In this document: one piece after another, positions 47,247-56,675 of the stretch | How the letters are laid out: the number at the start of each line of letters is the position of its first letter | How positions within the stretch are numbered: the stretch's first letter is position 1 | Assembly: GCA_963664435.2 (NCBI GenBank) | Contig: CAXXKM010000003.1 | Location: forward strand, 1,600,001-1,664,000 | Origin: Longimicrobiales bacterium | Lineage (GTDB): Bacteria; Gemmatimonadota; Gemmatimonadetes; Longimicrobiales; Gaopeijiaceae | Reading direction: 5' to 3' | DNA: 64,000 nucleotides | Notes under the pieces: model-generated | What the model saw: the letters and a program-made list of their open reading frames with translations, nothing else | Database searches by the model: none | What the model was told of the DNA's origin: nothing | Made by a program: the position numbers and the translations under genes

Positions 47247-49157
47247 ATGAGAGCTCCGCCGTTCGACAGGCCCCGGTCCCGCATCCCCCAGGGAGCGCGG
47301 AGTCCCGCAGCCGTCGCCGGTTACGCACAGGACGGCGACGCGCACGGCCGCGGTGGTCCTCGACGCCCTCCGGCGCGACCGCCGCTGCTGTTGCACGCGG
47401 TGCTCGGCCTGGCGCTCGCGGCCTGCGTCGGCTGCGGCGACCCCTCGCCGGCGGCCGGGCCCGCGTTTCCGGAGTCTTGGCGGTACCGGGATACACCTCC
47501 TCCGGTCACCGCGACCAGCGGGATGGTCGTCTCGACCGACGAACTCGCCAGCCAGGTCGGTGTCGACGTCCTTCGGTCCGGCGGGAACGCGATGGACGCC
47601 GCCGTCGCGGTGATGTTCGCGCTGGCAGTGGTCAACCCGGAAGCAGGGAACCTCGGAGGTGACGGGTTTCTGGTGCTTCGGACGGCGGACGGCGAAACGG
47701 CGGCTCTCGACTTCCGGGCCCGCGCGCCCTTCGCGTCGACGCGGGACATGTACCTGGACGACGACGGCGAGGTCACGGACGATGTCGTCGTCGGCCACCT
47801 CTCCGTCGGCGTGCCCGGAACCGTCGACGGCATGTGGGAAGTCCATCGGCGCTTCGGCCGCCTGGAATGGGCCACGCTCCTGGATCCCGCGATCGAGCTT
47901 GCCGGAGGCTTCCCGGTGCGGCCCCGCTTCCTGAACTCTCTGGGCGACGCGATGGTGGCGGCCCTTCAGGCTTTTCCGGCCTCGGCGGAGCAGTTCCTGC
48001 CCCGCGGGGGCCAGCCGCCCGCCGTCGGGGACACGCTCCGCCAGCCGGACCTGGCCCGGACTCTGAAGCGCCTCCGCGATCTCGGCCGCGACGACTTCTA
48101 CCGCGGGGAAACGGCCGACTTCATCCTCGCCGAGATGGAACGCGGCGGCGGCATCCTCACCCGCCGGGACCTCGCCGAATACCGGGCGGTCTGGCGCGAG
48201 CCCGTCGCGTTCGAGTACCGGGGCCACACGGTCATCTCGATGCCGCCGCCGTCATCCGGGGGCGTCACGATGGCGCAGACCGCCGGGATCCTGGAGCGTC
48301 ACGATCTTGCCTCCCTGGGCTGGCAGTCGCCGCAGACGATCCATCTGCACGCCGAGGCCTGGCGTCGAGGCTACGCCGACCGCAACCACTACCTGGCGGA
48401 TCCCGACTTCGTGGAAATGCCGCTGGAGCGCCTGACGTCGGCGGCATATGCGAGGGAGCGGGGAGCGACCATTTCTCTGGACGCGGCCACTCCATCTTCC
48501 GAGGTCGGCCCCGGACTGGAGGGTGCGCCGGCGGCAACCGGGACGTCTCCGAGCGCTACGGTCCCCGAGGAGGGCGAAAACACGACCCACTACTCGATCG
48601 TCGATGCCGATGGCAACGCCGTGTCGGTCACCACGACCGTGAACTCCTGGTACGGAAGCAAAGTCACCGTCACCGGGGCGGGCTTCATTCTGAACAACGA
48701 CATGGACGACCTCGCCGCCAGGCCCGGCTCCGCCAACCAGTTCGGCCTGGTGCAAGGCGAAAACAACGCCATCGAGCCCGGGAAGCGGATGCTGTCTTCC
48801 ATGTCGCCGACCATCGTCCTGGGGCCGGACGGCGAACTGGGAATGGTCACCGGCACCCCGGGTGGCGCGACCATCATCACCACGGTATTCCAGACGATCT
48901 CCAACGTCGTGGACTTCGGGATGGATGTCGTCGAGGCCGTCCAGGCGCCGCGGGTCCACCACCAGCACCTGCCCGACCAGATCTTCTACGAGGCGGGAGC
49001 GCTCCCGCCGGAGACCGTCTCGCGGTTGGAGGCGCTCGGTCACGTCGTAGTCGAACGAGGGGGGCTCTCCGGCGACGTCCAGATGATCGTCGTCGTGGAC
49101 GACCTGCTCACCGCGTGGTCCGATCCCCGGCGCGGGGGAAGGGCTCTGGGGTACTGA
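47247..49157 (+). CDS. ggt: Gamma-glutamyltransferase
   Basis: GGNAMDAA, ENTTHYSIVD (catalytic Thr), LNNDMDD, MLSSMSPT, GTPGG, SDPR. Confidence 0.95.
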   Translation: MRAPPFDRPRSRIPQGARSPAAVAGYAQDGDAHGRGGPRRPPARPPLLLHAVLGLALAACVGCGDPSPAAGPAFPESWRYRDTPPPVTATSGMVVSTDELASQVGVDVLRSGGNAMDAAVAVMFALAVVNPEAGNLGGDGFLVLRTADGETAALDFRARAPFASTRDMYLDDDGEVTDDVVVGHLSVGVPGTVDGMWEVHRRFGRLEWATLLDPAIELAGGFPVRPRFLNSLGDAMVAALQAFPASAEQFLPRGGQPPAVGDTLRQPDLARTLKRLRDLGRDDFYRGETADFILAEMERGGGILTRRDLAEYRAVWREPVAFEYRGHTVISMPPPSSGGVTMAQTAGILERHDLASLGWQSPQTIHLHAEAWRRGYADRNHYLADPDFVEMPLERLTSAAYARERGATISLDAATPSSEVGPGLEGAPAATGTSPSATVPEEGENTTHYSIVDADGNAVSVTTTVNSWYGSKVTVTGAGFILNNDMDDLAARPGSANQFGLVQGENNAIEPGKRMLSSMSPTIVLGPDGELGMVTGTPGGATIITTVFQTISNVVDFGMDVVEAVQAPRVHHQHLPDQIFYEAGALPPETVSRLEALGHVVVERGGLSGDVQMIVVVDDLLTAWSDPRRGGRALGY

Positions 49158-49203
49158 ACACGCGGAACAAGCCTTCTTCACCAACCCACGGGACACAACG
49201 CAG

Positions 49204-49707
49204 ATGATTGGAGACAGAATTGAGGCGGCGCTCAACGAGCAGATCACGCACGAGTTCTTCGCGAGCCAGTACTACCTTTCCATGAGTGCGCATTTCGAGC
49301 GGGCCGGATTCCCGGGCTTCGCACGCTGGATGCGAGTGCAATCGGATGAGGAACGGGAGCACGCGCTACGCATCTTCGATTTCGTGAACGATCGCGAGGG
49401 ACGGGTCACGGTGGACCGAATCGACGCTCCCCCATCCGAGTTCGGTTCACCCCTGGAGGTGTTCCAGGCGGCGCTGGCCCATGAACGCAAGGTGACCGCG
49501 CTCATCGGCGATCTTTACCGCCTCGCGGCGGAGGAGGCCGACTATCCCACCCAGGTGATGCTGCAGTGGTTCGTCAACGAGCAGGTGCAGGAGGAGAAGA
49601 TCGCCTCCGACATCGTCGACAGGCTGCGCCTGGCGGGAGACAACAAGTCGGCGCTGCTGCTCCTGGAGACGGAACTCGGCCAGCGGCAAGGGGAGGACGC
49701 GGGCTGA
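49204..49707 (+). CDS. ftnA: Non-heme ferritin
   Basis: LNEQITHE..YYLSM, QSDEEREHA, HERKVT, LQWFVNEQVQEE. Confidence 0.95.
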   Translation: MIGDRIEAALNEQITHEFFASQYYLSMSAHFERAGFPGFARWMRVQSDEEREHALRIFDFVNDREGRVTVDRIDAPPSEFGSPLEVFQAALAHERKVTALIGDLYRLAAEEADYPTQVMLQWFVNEQVQEEKIASDIVDRLRLAGDNKSALLLLETELGQRQGEDAG

Positions 49708-49848
49708 TGGTGCGCTGACCGGCCGGGGCGTGTCGAGGAGGGGCAGGCCCCCGGACTCACCACCTCGATCGCACGCGGCGCCTAGCCGGGGTCGGCGTCC
49801 GCCTGCACCGGTGTCCCCCACCGGGCTTGATGAACTCACGTCGCGAGT

Positions 49849-49868
49849 TGTACATATTATTATGTACA
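49849..49868. promoter_or_regulatory. Palindromic operator of the Phd/YefM TA pair
   Basis: TGTACATA-TTAT-TATGTACA; two TGTACA cores in an AT-rich patch. Confidence 0.7.
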
Positions 49869-49893
49869 TTTATGAGAGCGGAGGGCACCCCCG

Positions 49894-50133
49894 ATGAAGA
49901 CCGTTGGCGCAGCCGATTTCAAAGCCCGCTGCCTGCGATTGATCAAGCAGATGAATCAGGACCGTGAGTCCGTGACCATCACGAACCGCGGCCGTCCCGT
50001 CGCGATCCTGTCGCCCTTGCCCGAACAGGCTCGATCCTCTTCCATCATCGGCGCGATGCGGGGTACCGTGCTGGCCTACGACGATCCCTTCACGCCGGCC
50101 GCCGATCCGTCCGACTGGGCCTCCTTGCGTTGA
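49894..50133 (+). CDS. Phd/YefM family antitoxin
   Basis: MKTVGAADFKARCLRLI...ITNRGRPVAIL. Confidence 0.92.
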   Translation: MKTVGAADFKARCLRLIKQMNQDRESVTITNRGRPVAILSPLPEQARSSSIIGAMRGTVLAYDDPFTPAADPSDWASLR

Positions 50134-50445
50134 TCGTACTCGATACCCACGCGCTCATCTGGGCCGTGGAAGACGATGGGCGGCTCGGGGCGGCTGCGGC
50201 TCGGACGCGAGTTGAGCGGCTGGATCGAGGACGTGCTCGCCCTGCCGGGCGTCAGCCTGGTGGCCATCGAGCCCGCGATTGCCATCGACAGCGTCCGGTT
50301 GCCGGGTGATTTCCACGCCGACCCCGCCGATCGCTTCATCGTGGCCACGGCGCGGCACCTGGACGCACCACTGTTGACCGCCGACCGACAGATTCTCTCC
50401 TACTCCGCGGCCGGGCACGTCCAGACCGTGGACGCCGCGGAGTGA
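50130..50445 (+). pseudogene. vapC: VapC PIN toxin with internal deletion and frameshift
   Basis: TTG 50130 frame gives IVLDTHALIW; FHADPADRFIVATA..LLTAD is in a different frame; the central W-E helix is missing. Confidence 0.85.
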
Positions 50446-50487
50446 AGTCGGCGCCGGCACGACGCCGGCGCCTCTCTCAGCGATCGA

Positions 50488-52947
50488 TCAGCTTCCGCTC
50501 TGCGCGTCCTCCGCCGTGGCGGCGCTCTTCATCTGGAACGCCTCGCTCTCGACCACGCCCACGATGAAGGCCGTCATGCGGTTGCCCTCGACTGCGGCCT
50601 TGCGCGCGATCTCGCGGATCTCGGGCTGATCGTAGTACTCCATCCGGCGACCCAGGGCGTACGCCATCAGGTTCGCGGTGAAGTGGCGGATCAGCGGTTC
50701 GGGGCGCTCCAGCAGCACCGCGAGCAACTCCTGCGGGCTGGTCACGTCGCTTCCGTCGTAGAAGGTCCCGCGCGTGTCGAGCGGGATGCCGTTCTCGCGG
50801 ATGCGCCACTTCCCGGTCACGTCGAAGTTGTCCAGCGCCAGGCCGATCGGATCCATGAACTGGTGGCAGGCGTTGCACACGGGGCTGGCCCGGTGCTTCT
50901 CCATGCGCTCGCGCGTCGTCAGGATGGTCGTGCCCTCGATCGCCTCCGTCTCCTCGAGGTCCGGCACGCCCGGCGGGGGAGGCGGGGGAGGCGTCCCCAG
51001 AATCACCTCCATCACCCACTTGCCGCGCAGCACGGGGGAGGTGCGGTTGGCCACCGACGTCAGGGTAAGCACGCTGCCGTGGCCGAAGATGCCGGAGCGG
51101 CGATCGTCCGGGTACTCGACGCGCTGGAATGCCTCGCCGACGACGCCGGGAATGCCGTAGTGCTTTGCCAGCCGCTCGTTCACGAAGGTGTAGTCGGCGG
51201 TGTACAGCTCGAGGAAGTTGCGGTCCTCGCGCACCAGGTTCATGAAGAGGAGTTCCGTTTCCCGCGTCATGGCGTCGGCGAGCTGCTGATGATAGTCGGG
51301 GAACATCAGGCGGTCCGGATGCACCAGATCCAGGTCCTGGAGGCGCAGCCACTGGTTGGCGAAACGGGTGCCGAGCGCATCGGAGCGCGGATCGGCAAGC
51401 ATGCGCCGGACCTGATCACGCAGGTTGGCGGAAAGCTGGCCGCGCTCGGCCAGCGAGACCAGTTCCGCGTCGGGAGGCGTGCCCCAGAGGAAGTACGAGA
51501 GCCGGCTGGCGAGGGCCAGTTCGCTGATGCGGTAGCTGCCATCGCGCTCGCTGCCCGTCACCGGTTCGAAGCGGAAGACGAAGTCCGGGCTCGCCAGGAT
51601 CGCCTGCAGCGCGAGGCGCACGCCGGTCTCGAAGCCGCCCGCCTCCTCGCCCTGGCGGTAGAACTCCATGAGTTCCGTCGCATCGAGCTCCGTGAGCGAG
51701 CGCCGGAAGGCGGTGGAGCCGAGCCGGGTCACGATGTCGCGCGCGCACGCCTCCGCTTCTTCGGGGGCAGTGGGCCGGCAGGTGAAGATGCGGCGCCGAA
51801 CCGGGTTCTCGGAAACGCCGGTCACCTGGAACGGGCCCGCGATGGTCAGGTCCTTGATGTGCGGGAGGGCGGTGATGCCGTACCCGTCCGCGCCGATGCG
51901 GCGGTCGGCCAGCGACCAGTCGTGGCGTGACATGAGGTCGGGGACCGGCCCTTCGAACTGCTTGAGGAAGACCGCCGATACCTGGTGCGGTCCGGCGGTG
52001 ACGAAGAAGGACCGGCTCTCCTGGTTCGCTCCGTTGGGGTCGGCCACGTGCATGAACTGGTCGACGTTCAGCAGCGCGACGCGTTCCCCGTCGATGGCGA
52101 TCTCGATCTGTTCGCCCTGGGTGACGTTGCCGAAGAACTCCCCCGTGGTCGTGTGGTCGAAGGCCATCTTCACGCGGTACTCGCCGTCGGCGGGGAAGTT
52201 GTGCAGGGCCGAGATGCCGCCGCGGGTGCCGAAGGGCGCCCCGTCGATGCGCTCCCACTGGGAGAAGTAACCGGACTTGGAGTACGTGGTCTCGCTCGGG
52301 AGCACCTCCAGGTTGCCGACCGCCAGCCGGCTGACCTCGGCGGCCGCGTTCAGATAGGCGTCCATGAGCGTGGGAGAGAGCAGCTGGACGTCGGCGATGT
52401 TGTCGAAGTTGGCGCTCTTGGTGTCGAGAGGCAGGTAGAGGCCGGCGTCGATCCTGAGCCCGAGCAGGTCTTCCACGGATGCCTCGTACTCGGCGCGGTT
52501 GAGGCGCTGGAAGGTGCGGCTGCCGGGGTTGGGGTTGCGTGCCGCGGCCTCGTCCAGGGTGGACTCGAGGGTCTCCACCAGGGCCAGGAGCGAGTCGCCG
52601 GCCGGCCGGGGGAATCCCGGGGGCGGCATCATGCCGGCACGCAGCTTCATGATCATGCGTTCGGCGACCTGGGCATTGTCGGGCGCGTTTTCGACCTCGA
52701 AGCCCTGCAGCGTGGTGTTGCCGGTCAGGAGAACGTCGTTGTGGCACACAACGCAGTAGGTCTGCACGACGTTGGTGAGGCTCTCCGGCGCGGGATGCGG
52801 CGCGCGCTCAAGGGTTGTCGGGAGCGCCAGCGAAACCTCGCCCGCGGGTTTCACGCCCTCGGGCCCCAGGTGGGAACCGAAGGTTCCGGGCTCGAAGCCC
52901 GCCATGGTCACGCCAACCGCCATCAGCCCGGCGACAAGTATCCTCAT
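50488..52947 (-). CDS. DUF1592/1588/1587/1585/1595 (PSD) protein with two CxxCH motifs
   Basis: CVVCH, RLNRAEYE, LASRLSYFLW, RTSPVLRGKWV, CNACH..MDPIG. Confidence 0.92.
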   Translation of the reverse strand: MRILVAGLMAVGVTMAGFEPGTFGSHLGPEGVKPAGEVSLALPTTLERAPHPAPESLTNVVQTYCVVCHNDVLLTGNTTLQGFEVENAPDNAQVAERMIMKLRAGMMPPPGFPRPAGDSLLALVETLESTLDEAAARNPNPGSRTFQRLNRAEYEASVEDLLGLRIDAGLYLPLDTKSANFDNIADVQLLSPTLMDAYLNAAAEVSRLAVGNLEVLPSETTYSKSGYFSQWERIDGAPFGTRGGISALHNFPADGEYRVKMAFDHTTTGEFFGNVTQGEQIEIAIDGERVALLNVDQFMHVADPNGANQESRSFFVTAGPHQVSAVFLKQFEGPVPDLMSRHDWSLADRRIGADGYGITALPHIKDLTIAGPFQVTGVSENPVRRRIFTCRPTAPEEAEACARDIVTRLGSTAFRRSLTELDATELMEFYRQGEEAGGFETGVRLALQAILASPDFVFRFEPVTGSERDGSYRISELALASRLSYFLWGTPPDAELVSLAERGQLSANLRDQVRRMLADPRSDALGTRFANQWLRLQDLDLVHPDRLMFPDYHQQLADAMTRETELLFMNLVREDRNFLELYTADYTFVNERLAKHYGIPGVVGEAFQRVEYPDDRRSGIFGHGSVLTLTSVANRTSPVLRGKWVMEVILGTPPPPPPPGVPDLEETEAIEGTTILTTRERMEKHRASPVCNACHQFMDPIGLALDNFDVTGKWRIRENGIPLDTRGTFYDGSDVTSPQELLAVLLERPEPLIRHFTANLMAYALGRRMEYYDQPEIREIARKAAVEGNRMTAFIVGVVESEAFQMKSAATAEDAQSGS

Positions 52948-53215
52948 CGTGCCTCCCCTCGATGGAAAACGCATCGAATCATGCGCGGCGCCGGCGCGAG
53001 AATCAGACGCACCGACACAAGCTTGAATAGCGGGGGAAGAGGGGGCCTTGTCAAGCATGATTAACGCTGCGCGGCCCAGGGAACGCACCCCGCCCACCCG
53101 CCGGGTTGGTCGGCTGGCTCGACGCCGCCGGATTCTGCTTGCGCGGGGGTCGCGCGGAACGGCACTATCGACCTCTGGGCGAACGCCCACCCACCCCTGG
53201 TCCCGGAGGCCTCCG

Positions 53216-56200
53216 ATGCACGCCACGACCACCCCACCCCTTGGGCGGCGACCCCTCTGCGCGCCCCATTCCCGTGCCGTCGCGACGGCCGCGACCGGTC
53301 TCCTGGCCTGCTCCCTCGCGGCTTCCCCCTTCCCCGCGTCGGCGCAGGACGGCTGGGACGTGCGCCTGCCCCGCGGCCAGACCAGCGAGATCGACTTCAC
53401 CGCCACCGAGGGGACGCGCATGTCGGTGGACCTGGCGCCCGACGGCTCCTGGGTCGTGTTCGACCTGCTGGGTCACGTCTACCGGGTTCCGGCGGAGGGC
53501 GGGGCGGCGGAGTCGCTCACCCAGGAGAGCGGGGTGGCCGTCAACTACCATCCGCGCGTTTCGCCGGACGGGGCGAGCATCGCCTTCATCTCGGACCGTG
53601 GAGGCCAGGACAACCTGTGGGTCATGGACGCGGACGGGTCGAACGCGAGGGCCGTTTTCCACGACCTGAACTCGCGCGCGGTCACCCCGGCGTGGACGCC
53701 GGACGGCGAGTTCATCGTGGTGCGCCGCGACCCGATCGGGCGCGGCGGGGTGGGCGAGAACGGCCTGGGCCTGTGGATGCACCACCGGGACGGGGGCGAA
53801 GGAACGCGGCTGGTGGACGACGGCGGGGCGCACTGGCCGTCGGTGTCGCCCGACGGGCGCTACGTCTACTACCACGACGCCGAAGGGGGCCGCGACCGGG
53901 ACGCGCTCGACGGCGCCTACCAGATCCGCCGGTTCGACCTGCGGACGGGGCACATCATCGACATTACGAGCGGGACCTCGTACAGCACCGGGGCGGGCCG
54001 ACGTTCGAGCGGCGGCGCCTTCGCGCCCGAGGCCTCTCCGGACGGACGCTGGCTCGCCTTCGCCCGCCACCTGCCGGCCGCCACGGTGTCGTTCAAGGGC
54101 CACCGCTTCGGCCCGCGTACCGCCCTCTGGCTCTTCGACCTCGAGACCGGGGCGGAGCGCAAGCTGGTCGACCCGATCAACATCGCGGTGGAGAGCGGCG
54201 ACAAGAGCCTGCGGGTTCTGCCCGGGTATGCGTGGTCCGCCGACGGGGGCACCATCGTGATCTCCGGGGGCGGGGCCATCGGGCTGGTGGACGTGGCATC
54301 CGGCGACGTGCGCCGGGTTCCGTTCGAGGCACGGGTCCAGCGCACCATCTCGGAGCGCGCCAGGCTCCGGTTCCGCATCGAGGACGGACCCTTCGAGGCC
54401 GAGTTCCTGCGCTGGCACACGGCTTCGCCGGACGGCTCCACCGTGGCGTTCCAGGCCATCGGGCGGGTCTGGGTGGCCGACCTGCCTTCGGGCACGCCGC
54501 GCCGCGCCACACCCGAGGATTTCGCGCCCGTGCAGGAGTTCGGGCCGGCGTGGTCGCCGGACGGGGAGTGGATCGCCTTCACCACCCTCGACGATACCGG
54601 GGGCGGGCATCTCTGGAAGGTGCGCGCGGGGGGCGGCACGCCCGTCCAGGTCAGCGCCGCGCGCGGCGAATACGTGCACCCGGCGTGGAGCCCGGACGGC
54701 GGCGAGATCGTGGTGGCGCGCGGGGCCGGCGCCACCCTGCGCGGACGGACGGTCACGCACAACCCGTGGTGGGATCTGCAGCGCTTCCCGGCCGACGGGG
54801 GGGAGGGGACGCACGTGGTGCGCGTGGCGCTCCCCACCGGCAGCGGCCCGGAGCGGGTGCAGCGAACCGCGATCGTGGCCCCGTCGTGGGGTCCGGACGG
54901 GCGCATCTTCTATCCGGAGATCACGAACGCGGGGGTGGAGGTCGCCTCGGTCGAACGGGAAGGAGGGGATCGTCGCGTGCACATGATCCTCGAGTCAGCC
55001 GAGGAGGTCGCGCCTTCGCCGGACGGCCGCTGGCTGGCGTTCCAGGAGGCCAACGACATCTGGGTGACCCCGCTCGCGCCCATCGAAGGCGCCGGCGGCC
55101 CGGTAGCGCTCAGCCGCCGCGACAGCTCCCTGCCGCTCGAGCGCCTGAGCCGCACCGGGGGCCTGTTCGTGCGCTGGCGCGATGCTTCCACGGTCGAGTT
55201 CGGGAGCGCCGCGCGCTATTACCGGCACGACGTGGTCGCCGGGCGCGCCGACACCTTCGACATCCGGCTGGAGGTGCCGCGGCGCGAGGTCGCCGGGCGG
55301 GTGGCGCTCACCAACGCGCGCCTGGTCACGCTGGCGGGGCCGGGCCAGGACGAGGTGCTGGAGCGCGGCACGGTGGTGGTGGACGGCCGCCGCATCGTCT
55401 GCGTCGGCGAATGCGACACGGAGGACGCGGACCGGGTCATCGACGCATCCGGACGCACCATCGTCCCCGGGTTCGTCGACATGCATTCGCACAGCAACCG
55501 CGAGCACCGGGGCCACCGGCCTCTGCGCGACTACGAGGCCGGCATCTACCTGGCCTACGGCGTCACCACCCGCCTCGACAACTCCCTCTGGCACCAGAAC
55601 GCCTTCCCCACCGCCGAACTCATCCGCGCCGGGCGGATGATCGGCCCGCGCAGCTTCAGCACCGGCGATCCCCTGCCCTACGAAGAGCTCTCGGACTACG
55701 CAGCCACCGACGACGCTATCGAACGACTCAAGACCTGGGGCGCGGTGTCGCTCAAACAGCACTCCCATCCCCGCCGCGACCGGCGCCAGTGGATCGCGGA
55801 CGTGGCCCGGGACAAGAATCTGAACCTCACGGCCGAGGGCTACGAACTCGAGTACAACCTCGGCCAGGCGATGGACGGCTACACCGGGCAGGAACACCCG
55901 ATGAGCGTCATTCCGCTCTATTCGGACGCCGTGCAGTTCTTCGCGCAGGCCGGAACCGTCTACTCGAATCCATTCATGTTCGACAGCCCGACGGCGGCGA
56001 ACATCGAATACTGGTACTCGGAATCGGATGTCTGGCTGCACGAGAAGCAGCGGCGCTGGATGCCCTGGCGCATGACCGCCTTCCTGCGCCGCCGCATGCT
56101 GCGCCCGGAGACCGACTACAGCTTCCCGCTCATCGCGCAGGGGCTGGCGGACATCGTGGCGGCGGGCGGCAACGGCGCGCTGGGCGGACACGGCGAGCAC

Positions 56201-56557
56201 CACGGCACCAGCATGCACTGGGAGATCTGGATGGCGGCTTCCGGCCTGGGTCCCCTCGGAGCCCTGCGCCTGGCGTCCTGGGGCGGAGCGTACTTCCTGG
56301 GCGCCGAACAGGACATCGGCTCACTGGAGGCCGGCAAGCTGGCGGACCTGCTGGTGCTGCGCTCGAACCCCCTGGACGACATCCGCAACACCATGGACAT
56401 CGAGTACGTGATGCAGCACGGTGTGCTGTACGAAGCCGATACCCTCGACGAGGCGTGGCCCGAGACGCGCCCCTTCGGCCCGTACTACTGGGTTGACGAA
56501 GACGCCCAGACCACCGGCGACCTGCCCGTGGACGCGTGGCTCGGACGGGGAGGGTAA
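53216..56557 (+). CDS. TolB-like (PD40) beta-propeller fused to an amidohydrolase
   Basis: Multiple SPDG/TPDG repeats; PGFVDMHSH, GGHGE, GSLEAGKLADL. Confidence 0.9.
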   Translation: MHATTTPPLGRRPLCAPHSRAVATAATGLLACSLAASPFPASAQDGWDVRLPRGQTSEIDFTATEGTRMSVDLAPDGSWVVFDLLGHVYRVPAEGGAAESLTQESGVAVNYHPRVSPDGASIAFISDRGGQDNLWVMDADGSNARAVFHDLNSRAVTPAWTPDGEFIVVRRDPIGRGGVGENGLGLWMHHRDGGEGTRLVDDGGAHWPSVSPDGRYVYYHDAEGGRDRDALDGAYQIRRFDLRTGHIIDITSGTSYSTGAGRRSSGGAFAPEASPDGRWLAFARHLPAATVSFKGHRFGPRTALWLFDLETGAERKLVDPINIAVESGDKSLRVLPGYAWSADGGTIVISGGGAIGLVDVASGDVRRVPFEARVQRTISERARLRFRIEDGPFEAEFLRWHTASPDGSTVAFQAIGRVWVADLPSGTPRRATPEDFAPVQEFGPAWSPDGEWIAFTTLDDTGGGHLWKVRAGGGTPVQVSAARGEYVHPAWSPDGGEIVVARGAGATLRGRTVTHNPWWDLQRFPADGGEGTHVVRVALPTGSGPERVQRTAIVAPSWGPDGRIFYPEITNAGVEVASVEREGGDRRVHMILESAEEVAPSPDGRWLAFQEANDIWVTPLAPIEGAGGPVALSRRDSSLPLERLSRTGGLFVRWRDASTVEFGSAARYYRHDVVAGRADTFDIRLEVPRREVAGRVALTNARLVTLAGPGQDEVLERGTVVVDGRRIVCVGECDTEDADRVIDASGRTIVPGFVDMHSHSNREHRGHRPLRDYEAGIYLAYGVTTRLDNSLWHQNAFPTAELIRAGRMIGPRSFSTGDPLPYEELSDYAATDDAIERLKTWGAVSLKQHSHPRRDRRQWIADVARDKNLNLTAEGYELEYNLGQAMDGYTGQEHPMSVIPLYSDAVQFFAQAGTVYSNPFMFDSPTAANIEYWYSESDVWLHEKQRRWMPWRMTAFLRRRMLRPETDYSFPLIAQGLADIVAAGGNGALGGHGEHHGTSMHWEIWMAASGLGPLGALRLASWGGAYFLGAEQDIGSLEAGKLADLLVLRSNPLDDIRNTMDIEYVMQHGVLYEADTLDEAWPETRPFGPYYWVDEDAQTTGDLPVDAWLGRGG

Positions 56558-56675
56558 CCGTGATCCGCTCGCTCACCGGATAGGACTGCGGCGCGGGGCA
56601 CACGATCCACCCGTTTTCAGGTCACCAGCGGGCCAAGCACGTTTCCGAGGGCTCAGACCGCAGCCCGTCGTCCGG

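Noticed and set aside
50130..50445. Programmed frameshift producing a functional VapC
   Set aside because: No slippery motif, and the joined product would still lack the central catalytic helix
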